A stretch of DNA of 64,000 nucleotides from a virus, in the IMG/VR virus record IMGVR_UViG_3300021197_001752, positions 1 through 64,000 of that record; one strand, written 5' to 3'. The first letter of the stretch is position 1. The number at the start of each line of letters is the position of its first letter. The notes under the pieces were generated by a model. It was not told where the DNA came from and did not search any database. It saw only the letters and a list, made by a program, of their open reading frames with translations. The translations under genes were made by a program, and so were the position numbers. Positions 56,338 to 64,000 of this stretch are shown one piece after another.

Positions 56338-56673
56338 TTACCCCTTATAGGCTCTAATATTTTTTATTACACCATCTTGACTATATGTGATGATGTCTGC
56401 TACTATTATTTCTTGCTTGTCTAGAGTTATCACAATTTCCGCTGTGGCGGTCAAGAGAAGCTTATCAACAGTGCACCGTGTTATATCAACCTTGATATCA
56501 TCTACACTATCAAATAAACCCCTATTTGCTTCTAGGACTTTTTCCCTACCATGGCATTCAACATCCCAATCCATAAGTGACACAGTGCTACTATAAAGCT
56601 CTTTTAGTGCGTCCAAATCCTTACGTTCAAATGCAGAAAAGTATTTCCAAGTTAGTTGATAGAGATCCATCAT
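56338..56673 (-). CDS. SnoaL/NTF2-like protein
   Basis: YF.AF..KD...L..LY...V.L.DW..G...V..I.AY. Confidence 0.7.
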   Translation of the reverse strand: MMDLYQLTWKYFSAFERKDLDALKELYSSTVSLMDWDVECHGREKVLEANRGLFDSVDDIKVDITRCTVDKLLLTATAEIVITLDKQEIIVADIITYSQDGVIKNIRAYKG

Positions 56674-57548
56674 TTTACCCCTTGAATAAAGTCTGTAGCA
56701 TATGCATGTGCATACTCAACATTTTTCTTTATATTATTTGGATCTTTCTGTGTGCTATGCATAAAACCTGCTGCGAATGCATCGCCAGCGCCTAGCACAT
56801 CTAACTTTACATCATTTATGTATTCACTACTGACCATGAAATCATTACCCTGTGCGCTAACGAAGCTGCCTCTAGGGCTATGTACGATTGCTGCTGATCC
56901 AACGGATTCGCCGAGCGACATCGCTGCATATATTTCATATTGTTCGCCCGTAACACTTGTGGCACTATCATCCGATGTAATCACAAAATTCATATTTCTT
57001 ACTAGATTCATTATTCTCTTCCTCTCTGCGCTGCTGTGTGCAGCCAAGCAGAAGTCTGCGGATATTATACTAGTTTCTGGGATTTGTGTAAACATTTTTT
57101 TATCTACTCCTAATAAAGTATCTAAATACATGAAATGGTACCACTTTGATTTGGGTAAAATAAAGTCAGAGCTTATCTTACAGGCTCCCCAGTTGACTAT
57201 ACTGCTTCTTCTTTGTTCTTCTGTTTCACATATTATAAAGGCGTTTGTTGTAGGTATCTCTGCACGAGCTACATGATAGTCAAAATTTGGATTCTTGTTT
57301 TTATATTCTTGTAACCTCTCTATTACATCACTGCCCTGTTTATCATTCCCTACTACTGTAGAAACAAATACTTTATACTTTTTATCTATTTCACATAAAC
57401 CTCGGGCGGTATTCATAACGCCGCCAAGGTCAGTCTTTGTTGACAGCCCTAAATTAGATACACCTACTTGAAATGAGTTGGTTGCTTGTACTGTGTCTAG
57501 GAATATATTTCCGACTATGCAGAAATCAAAACTTTTCATTTTTGTCAA
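56670..57548 (-). CDS. PfkB-family carbohydrate kinase
   Basis: GG..N.A; VG.D..G; DVLGAGDAFAAGF. Confidence 0.88.
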   Translation of the reverse strand: MTKMKSFDFCIVGNIFLDTVQATNSFQVGVSNLGLSTKTDLGGVMNTARGLCEIDKKYKVFVSTVVGNDKQGSDVIERLQEYKNKNPNFDYHVARAEIPTTNAFIICETEEQRRSSIVNWGACKISSDFILPKSKWYHFMYLDTLLGVDKKMFTQIPETSIISADFCLAAHSSAERKRIMNLVRNMNFVITSDDSATSVTGEQYEIYAAMSLGESVGSAAIVHSPRGSFVSAQGNDFMVSSEYINDVKLDVLGAGDAFAAGFMHSTQKDPNNIKKNVEYAHAYATDFIQGVK

Positions 57549-58062
57549 GTGCTTCTATATCTTCCATGGTACAATCATTTATTAGTCCACGCTCAAGCAT
57601 CACTCCAACCATTTCCATTATTACGTTACAACCAGCATTGCTTTGGAGAACATTATGATAGCCAAACGCAGAGGTACAAAGCTTTTTCACTTCCCAATTG
57701 GCATCTGCGGGACAAAAAGGATATCTGACGGCCTGTAAGATACTACTATCGAATAAGTCATCGCCAATATAAGCCATGTGTTCAGGAGTTGTATTGTATT
57801 TTTCCTGCAACTCTGGGATGAAGTCTACCTTGTCTTTTCCACGAGCATAAAAGAAATCAATGTTTCGATTTTTAGCCATAGCTTGATTGACAGTATCATC
57901 GCCTGATAGGAAGCAGACATCTATGCCAGCGCCACGAAGCCGCTTGATTGCAGTGAAGTCCTTGTCACAATACGTTTTAGCAAATGGCATACCATCTAAT
58001 CCATAATATTTTCTGCCATCCGTCAGTACACCATCAATGTCCAATATCACTAATTTAATCAT
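57526..58062 (-). CDS. KdsC-like HAD sugar-phosphate phosphatase
   Basis: LDIDGVLTDG..K..D..AYIGDDLFD..CPADA. Confidence 0.88.
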   Translation of the reverse strand: MIKLVILDIDGVLTDGRKYYGLDGMPFAKTYCDKDFTAIKRLRGAGIDVCFLSGDDTVNQAMAKNRNIDFFYARGKDKVDFIPELQEKYNTTPEHMAYIGDDLFDSSILQAVRYPFCPADANWEVKKLCTSAFGYHNVLQSNAGCNVIMEMVGVMLERGLINDCTMEDIEALDKNEKF

Positions 58063-58802
58063 ACGAATCCTCTGTCTTCCTTTGTAATATTATACTGCTT
58101 AAGCAAAGGGGTAATTTCTTGTTCATATTCTCCAACATTCCATTTCCCTTTCACAATGGCAGTCGCAATATACGGATATGTACTTGAGTCCCAGTGGTAC
58201 ATGCCACGTCTCTTCTCACCATTATATGTGTAAAGACCTTGAATGTTAAGTTGTTTACATATTTGTGAAGCCATTATCTCAAACTCGTGGATTTTATCAA
58301 TATCCGTTTCGGAATATATTTCAAGTAAATCTTCTGTTCTCCACAATGAGGGCTGCACAGCAAACAGAAAGTCAGGGTTGTGTTCTAACAAATGGAACCC
58401 ACTGTGGTTTTTGAATTGCACATCCCGATGGTTTTCCCGATATAATCCACCCTTTATGAATTTTATGTAACTAATGTCTTCTTCATCTAAGATTTCTTTG
58501 CTTTTTTTTATGCCCTGATAATCAGGAGCATCATACAAAATCATATCTTCATGATGAAAGATACAGTATTCTTCATCGATGTGTCTAAGGCAATGCTCTA
58601 CTCTTTTATCATACTGGTCATTCTCGCTATAATAAATTGCATCCCAGTGATCAGGCAAGAGGTTCTCTGTATCTTTGTCGATAAAAGCATATTTTTTTAT
58701 GCCTGTTAGGTGTTTATCAATTTGACCAGTAAACATTTCCCACACATCACTGTAATCGCTATGTGAGTACATAATGATAGCTATATCCTGCATGTTATTC
58801 AC
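58059..58802 (-). CDS. Putative glycosyltransferase-like protein
   Basis: HED acidic motif, QPSLW, I.KGKW; cluster context. Confidence 0.5.
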   Translation of the reverse strand: MNNMQDIAIIMYSHSDYSDVWEMFTGQIDKHLTGIKKYAFIDKDTENLLPDHWDAIYYSENDQYDKRVEHCLRHIDEEYCIFHHEDMILYDAPDYQGIKKSKEILDEEDISYIKFIKGGLYRENHRDVQFKNHSGFHLLEHNPDFLFAVQPSLWRTEDLLEIYSETDIDKIHEFEIMASQICKQLNIQGLYTYNGEKRRGMYHWDSSTYPYIATAIVKGKWNVGEYEQEITPLLKQYNITKEDRGFV

Positions 58803-59625
58803 CTGTTATATCAATGTAGCTTGTTTTTTCATATAGCCCTATATCTTTAAAAAACCACTTATAGAACTTATGATTATCAATGCACTGCCATTTATCAAAC
58901 TTAACCAACTTGTCTGTTCGATAATCTTTTGGCTTCTCTTGTTCATTACTAAACTCGTCTTCGGAATTACTATCAAACCAGCCCTCGGTGATTGATTTAT
59001 AATAATCGCTACCAGGTGTATAATACTCCTGTATTTTGTCATATGCACTGCCAACCAAATCCATATTCTCGCTGTTAGAATAAAACCAATGGTCAGCATA
59101 TCCCCAGTTCATCTGATCCCAGTAGGCAGCGTACATCTTATTCATATCTAAGGTTGGGTCAAAATTTATATTGGTTACATAATATGTCTGCGGGTGCTCT
59201 TTACCTCTAGTGCCAATATCGGTTCTAGCTAATATTACTGCATCATACTTAAAGTTGTTCTCTTTCTCGTGTTCTGCTTTTATTTCAAGGACTCTTTTGC
59301 GAGAGTACAGAAAACTGAATGTTTGAAAGATAGAATTGCTTTTATACATTGTTCCGCTACGATCAAAGCCATCATCAAACCATCCCTGGTCCATAGAATC
59401 TAGTTCACTCTTGAAATCTCTTTGTTGTTCGTATTGGACTTTAATGGGATCATACATATGGTGTATCATGTTTTTAACACCTTCGCCTTGTTCCCAACAG
59501 TGAAAAAACACATCCACATCATTGTTGCTCATTACTTTTCTTTTTAAATATTCCCAAGATGCAAAGGCGGCGTTTTCTCCGCCGCTATTCAAAAAGTATC
59601 CGTGGAAACATAGAGCTATCTTCAT
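58795..59625 (-). CDS. Putative glycosyltransferase-like protein
   Basis: KIALCF.G..DVFFH.W..YD.VI..R.D..D..F pattern. Confidence 0.55.
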   Translation of the reverse strand: MKIALCFHGYFLNSGGENAAFASWEYLKRKVMSNNDVDVFFHCWEQGEGVKNMIHHMYDPIKVQYEQQRDFKSELDSMDQGWFDDGFDRSGTMYKSNSIFQTFSFLYSRKRVLEIKAEHEKENNFKYDAVILARTDIGTRGKEHPQTYYVTNINFDPTLDMNKMYAAYWDQMNWGYADHWFYSNSENMDLVGSAYDKIQEYYTPGSDYYKSITEGWFDSNSEDEFSNEQEKPKDYRTDKLVKFDKWQCIDNHKFYKWFFKDIGLYEKTSYIDITGE

Positions 59626-60242
59626 TTTATTCTACAATCTTTGAAAAGTGTAAATTCTGTCAAATCTCTATAAGGAGGGGACTCTGGAATATCAGGGTTG
59701 ATCCTGGGGAAGTTTTGCATCAAGGATAAACCATGAGCAGCCTGTTGCGGAGTCATATACATATTCCAGCCCAGTGTTTTTATATCATCGTCCTGATATC
59801 TGATTCCTTCACTGCGCCCCTCATAGCGAGCCTCTCTGGCCCAGTCAGATAATTCTTTACTATCAGTTAAAATCATACCACCCTTACTAATCTTGAGGTG
59901 CTTTTTGATATGAAAGGATAAGCACATATGTGTGCCTGGTCTATACATATCAGTTGTAAACCTCTTAGCTGCGTCAAAGATTGGAAACGGCTTCAACTGA
60001 TAGATCCCTTGCCAACATAGGTCTTCAAATACCACCTCTCCACCAGCGTGCATGATAGATTGTGGTACTGATAGATAAGTTTGCCTAGGTATCGTTACCT
60101 CTTTATTTTTGACGCCCTCAAACATACAGCACAAAAACAATGCATTAGTACAGGAATCTAGTGATACCGCATAAGGTGCACCTGTATAATCAGCCACCGA
60201 TTGCTCGAACATCTTTACTACTTCATATGGATTCTGTTTCAT
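59622..60242 (-). CDS. Short DegT/DnrJ-family PLP sugar aminotransferase
   Basis: FE..VA.Y.GA.YAV...SCT.AL; DAA; SFH.KK.L...GGMI; start reassigned to MKQNPY. Confidence 0.8.
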   Translation of the reverse strand: MKQNPYEVVKMFEQSVADYTGAPYAVSLDSCTNALFLCCMFEGVKNKEVTIPRQTYLSVPQSIMHAGGEVVFEDLCWQGIYQLKPFPIFDAAKRFTTDMYRPGTHMCLSFHIKKHLKISKGGMILTDSKELSDWAREARYEGRSEGIRYQDDDIKTLGWNMYMTPQQAAHGLSLMQNFPRINPDIPESPPYRDLTEFTLFKDCRIK

Positions 60243-60636
60243 CTTCTTTTTCCAAAATATAATATTTCTTTTTAAAGCCGCATGACTCGAATAGTTTAAG
60301 ACTAGCATCATTTGCAATCTTAACCTTAGCATGTGAGTATGGCTTTTGCTCCATTACATGATTGATAAGTATTTTACCGTAACCATTCCCACATTCCTCA
60401 GGCAGTACAGCTATTCTTATGTCGCCCTCAAGGCTACCAACAAATCCAACAGGTACATCATCCTTTAGCAAGATCCAATAATTTCGAGAATGCTGCTTCA
60501 TATATTTTCTATGTGTCGCTGGGAAGATCTCTTCTTGTTGTATAAACCCTTGTTTAACATCAGGGTGATTCCGTAGGTTACGAACAAATTCCCAATGTTC
60601 TATTTGACAACTAACAACTCTTATTTTACCACTCAT
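60223..60636 (-). CDS. GNAT N-acetyltransferase (PseH-like)
   Basis: RNLRN.P.V..H..Y; GNGYG; N.ASLKLFE.CGF. Confidence 0.8.
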   Translation of the reverse strand: MSGKIRVVSCQIEHWEFVRNLRNHPDVKQGFIQQEEIFPATHRKYMKQHSRNYWILLKDDVPVGFVGSLEGDIRIAVLPEECGNGYGKILINHVMEQKPYSHAKVKIANDASLKLFESCGFKKKYYILEKEDETESI

Positions 60637-61414
60637 CAATTTGATTCCCATATTGACTATCACTTTTCATCCAATATGAAGTCAGATACCCTCTAGTAAA
60701 ACGCCATCCTTCTAAATTCTGATAAGGATTCAAGGCGCTCCCAGTGTCTAGGAACGTATTGCTTTGATTCTCTTTGAAGCACTGATGTATTACAAAATTA
60801 CTCAGGCTAGCCGCAGAGCAAAGAACAATGTGATCTTTGATATTATTCTTTTCGATGTATTCTTTGACTTGATCGACAGTATCGTAATTGTCAACCATGC
60901 AGTTGCTTCCTATGCGAAATTCCTTCTTTACTTTGAAGGGTAAGCCAGAGAGATCTGCCATCTCGTTGACAATATAAATAATATCCCTATCATTGAACAA
61001 TGGGACTACTTCTTCAACATATCTTGAATAGTTGGAATTGATAAACACATTAGCAAAGGTAAGGTTATCTTCAAACCCTTCTCCGTGGAGATCCATCTGC
61101 CACTTGAAATTCTCTTCTCCGACATCTGTTTTAGTACAAATGCCTTTATAATAGTTGTCAGCCTTATATTGGAAGCTTTCAATAAGCTTTTCACGATGAA
61201 ACTGGTGTTTATTTGGTAAGAATTCTTTTTGTTCTTCTTTGGTATATATGTTATGACCAATACGGTCACCTGTAACAAAATACCCAGGAGCTAATACAAC
61301 TGTTTGGTTCTGCATTATAAACATTTCGCCGTCAGAGAACCGAGCGAAGGCAAAGTTATCTCCTGATTCTAACTTTGTTTTAAACCTATCAAATTCTTGC
61401 TTAAAATCTTTCAT
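60626..61414 (-). CDS. GT-D-fold-like glycosyltransferase
   Basis: FARFSDGE..LD.GS pattern. Confidence 0.6.
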   Translation of the reverse strand: MKDFKQEFDRFKTKLESGDNFAFARFSDGEMFIMQNQTVVLAPGYFVTGDRIGHNIYTKEEQKEFLPNKHQFHREKLIESFQYKADNYYKGICTKTDVGEENFKWQMDLHGEGFEDNLTFANVFINSNYSRYVEEVVPLFNDRDIIYIVNEMADLSGLPFKVKKEFRIGSNCMVDNYDTVDQVKEYIEKNNIKDHIVLCSAASLSNFVIHQCFKENQSNTFLDTGSALNPYQNLEGWRFTRGYLTSYWMKSDSQYGNQIDEW

Positions 61415-63054
61415 TTTAGACTCCTAACTGTTTCCCAGCCGCCGCCGACTGCATTGCTGACACAGCGATCTCTTTCGCTGAAGAACTGTTGATGGGAGAC
61501 AGCACTATCAGTTGAAGTTGCCTTGTCATCAATTCCCAACTCATTACCTAAAATTGATCCATGTAGTTGTGGTTTACCTGGAGGATGCGGAGGAACATAA
61601 GTTTGAATACCGCCATACTTTTGGGCTAGATACGAAAATTGTATATCCTCTCCGTTATCCCAGGTATAAGGTTTTTCACGCCATAAATACTGCAACCAAT
61701 CACGTTGGAAAAACCATGCATGACCTACAAGATCTACTCTCTCCAGGTCCTCATTCTGACTTGGCCACCCAACCCTGGAATGGTCAACATAAGAATTGGC
61801 GTTGTTTAGAATCACTCCCGCACTGCCCATAATAGCCTGTCTGTGCCTGCTTGATGCAAGACAGTTTGTAAACCATTCTGAGCCTGGTATTGTATCATCG
61901 TCAAAGATAGCAATATATTTAGTGTCTGCTAATAAGGCAGCGGCAAACCGACCGTAGAACTTCCAGTTATGATTATTATGGAATATCTTATCAACATTCA
62001 ATTTAGTATGATCAAAATTTCTATTATCTTCATGATCGTTAATCCATAACCATATTTCTTTTGGTGGGATACTTTGATTCCTGATAGCTTCTATTTGCTT
62101 CTCTAGGTTATAAGGTCTACGATAAGAATTGAGAATCACAGTAATATCCGAACCGATTTCAGTATTTGTTTTTTTCATGATCTCATCGGTTGCAAACGTT
62201 TTTTCTATTATATTTAACGTGTTGTCTAGTGATCCTTTGATTTTCTTTATTATACTATCTCTTGTACCGTTAACAAACCAATCTTCACTTGCAACTCCCA
62301 ATAACTTTGGATTTGTTATTATTTCACACCCAGCTAGTTTAGCTTCTACTACTGTTCGACAAAAGGTTTCTAATACAGCAGGAAAGAATACAAATTTTTC
62401 ATATTGTGATAGAACCTTAAGAAGTTCCACGGGATTAGGAGCGTCAACCAAATCATACTCAATATTATTTTTTCTACAATATGATTCTGCTACAGCTTGA
62501 TTTTTAGTTGGGTTACTAGATCTCAATATCGCCGCTGGTTTTGTCTTTATAATCTCTAGGTTTTCTGCCGCCTTAATAAAGTCTTCACTCCAGATAGAGC
62601 ACTCAAGATTATGTGGCGTAGAGTCTTTTATATTTCTTGCTAGTACATCACGGTGAATTTTGCTTTGGCATAAAACGGTTGCACAGAGATATAAACCTTC
62701 ACCATTTAAGTATGAATCGTCTGGGACTGTAAAATTTTCATACTTAGACGGATCTCTTCCTGAAATATACTTGTGATCGTGCTCATAAATGATATACTTA
62801 TAATCAGGGTTAGCAGTGGTCAAATCACGTAACATTAATTTACAAGAGGTAGACATGAGCAAATGATTACCAATTATAACACGTTGGTCATCCAATACAG
62901 CATGTTGAAAGTCTTCATCTGTTAGGTTTTCAGATTTCATCTTCCTAACAAAATGTCCTCTATCCTTCAATCCCTGACATACTAGATCATTAACTAGTTC
63001 ACCGCCACCAGGGACCTCATCAGCAAAGACATCTGCTATAAAAATAAACTTCAT
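61411..63054 (-). CDS. Two-domain glycosyltransferase (GT-B-like + GT2-like)
   Basis: GGGE..ETFCR.VVEAKL.GC; then ITVIL..Y.R..IFDDD..GEDI; start reassigned to 63054. Confidence 0.8.
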   Translation of the reverse strand: MKFIFIADVFADEVPGGGELVNDLVCQGLKDRGHFVRKMKSENLTDEDFQHAVLDDQRVIIGNHLLMSTSCKLMLRDLTTANPDYKYIIYEHDHKYISGRDPSKYENFTVPDDSYLNGEGLYLCATVLCQSKIHRDVLARNIKDSTPHNLECSIWSEDFIKAAENLEIIKTKPAAILRSSNPTKNQAVAESYCRKNNIEYDLVDAPNPVELLKVLSQYEKFVFFPAVLETFCRTVVEAKLAGCEIITNPKLLGVASEDWFVNGTRDSIIKKIKGSLDNTLNIIEKTFATDEIMKKTNTEIGSDITVILNSYRRPYNLEKQIEAIRNQSIPPKEIWLWINDHEDNRNFDHTKLNVDKIFHNNHNWKFYGRFAAALLADTKYIAIFDDDTIPGSEWFTNCLASSRHRQAIMGSAGVILNNANSYVDHSRVGWPSQNEDLERVDLVGHAWFFQRDWLQYLWREKPYTWDNGEDIQFSYLAQKYGGIQTYVPPHPPGKPQLHGSILGNELGIDDKATSTDSAVSHQQFFSERDRCVSNAVGGGWETVRSLK

Positions 63055-64000
63055 TATAGCGTGCCAACTTGATTTATATCTGACTGCCATTCTTTACTAG
63101 TGTCAGGGCTGACCTTTAGAACTGCATCAACTACCTGCTTTTGGATAATATCTTCTGAGTGTGTCTCAAATAAGCTATCCTTTAGAGCCATTGCTGTGTT
63201 CTTCTTGGCTTTATGATTTTCATAAAGCTTTCTCATAGTAGACTTTGATTTGTGTTCTTTTGGATAACACCACTGACTATCCTTTTCAAGGACGTTTTCC
63301 CAAACAGCTTCTTCTTGGATAGGTGCTATATCATAGCCAATCTTTTCAAACATGGTTTGTCGGCTAACTTTACCATTACTCTTATTTTTATTGATACACA
63401 AAAAGTCCATATGACCTGACCAACCTGGCGCAGCGATTGGCATACCACTATATGCCGCCTCAAATAACGGAAGACCATACCCTTCACCATGTGTTGTAGT
63501 AACATATGCTTTGATCTTAGGGTGTAAGTAGATCCCGTGTATCTCTTCCTCGGTCATGTTACCATGCAATAAATGCACGCCGCATTTCTTATCTGGGAAT
63601 GGTTGCAAGATCTGCTTAATCATATCTGTACACACCATCCTGTCAGATAAACAGTTTTTGGCTTTATTTGTTTTTACCACTAAACCAATTTCTTCATCAT
63701 GGAATTCTTCAACAAACCATTTGATCAAGGCAGACAAATTCTTCCTCGGACCCCATTGAGAAATAGTGAGAAAGTTGAAGTCATGAGGCAGGTCGATTTT
63801 ATCTGATAAATCTTCTGGTTCTGTATACTTCACAGGGTAATTAATAATCTTTGTATCAGTGTTATATTTGAGGGGTACAACTTGACCGTTAGGTAAATTT
63901 ACCTGTACGTCGTTTCTCATAAAGCCATCGAGAGCATGTTTCGATGTTACTATCATTAAGTCCATCTCGTTTGCAAATTGAATCCAGCCAGGTGAAACTC
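63054..64000 (-). CDS. GT4-family glycosyltransferase (5' end outside the window)
   Basis: RKN; GEGYGLPLFEAAYSGMP; frame stays open to the window end. Confidence 0.9.
   Translation of the reverse strand, partial: VSPGWIQFANEMDLMIVTSKHALDGFMRNDVQVNLPNGQVVPLKYNTDTKIINYPVKYTEPEDLSDKIDLPHDFNFLTISQWGPRKNLSALIKWFVEEFHDEEIGLVVKTNKAKNCLSDRMVCTDMIKQILQPFPDKKCGVHLLHGNMTEEEIHGIYLHPKIKAYVTTTHGEGYGLPLFEAAYSGMPIAAPGWSGHMDFLCINKNKSNGKVSRQTMFEKIGYDIAPIQEEAVWENVLEKDSQWCYPKEHKSKSTMRKLYENHKAKKNTAMALKDSLFETHSEDIIQKQVVDAVLKVSPDTSKEWQSDINQVGTL

Noticed and set aside
7-63759. All plus-strand ORFs and short nested minus-strand ORFs in the track (e.g. 22416-22694, 1178-1444)
   Set aside because: They are shadows of longer, motif-supported minus-strand genes and have no recognisable motifs.

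Overview
This window is part of a large (probably jumbo) tailed-phage genome, with every credible gene on the minus strand and very tight gene packing. No tRNA, rRNA, CRISPR array or transposase was seen. In window order it contains four regions. (1) 1-12 kb: DNA-metabolism genes (fused Mre11-Rad50, primase, HAD nucleotidase, RuvC-like resolvase) interleaved with about 16 unrelated small genes that share one of two N-terminal leader peptides (MKKLLTEWRxF/YLxE or MKLTxxxLRxIIKEEI). These resemble a capsid-targeting/prohead-protease tag fused to a swappable library of cargo: an ADP-ribosyltransferase, three GNAT-like proteins, polybasic core proteins and others. (2) 12-46 kb: a contractile-tail baseplate/structural module with a 3704-aa LamG-containing protein, gp6- and gp25-like wedge proteins and a dual muramidase/M15-peptidase protein. 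(3) 46-47.8 kb: a small sigma70-driven operon containing a phage sigma factor. (4) 47.8-64 kb: a glycan biosynthesis and sulfation cluster of about 20 genes. Two promoter classes partition the genes: sigma70 consensus before replication genes, and an ACTA(C/T)TTA motif before structural and leader-tagged genes. A subset of structural proteins is strongly enriched in [S/T]GS, a candidate glycosylation site for the encoded glycan pathway. All family calls come from motif recognition by eye; no database search was run.
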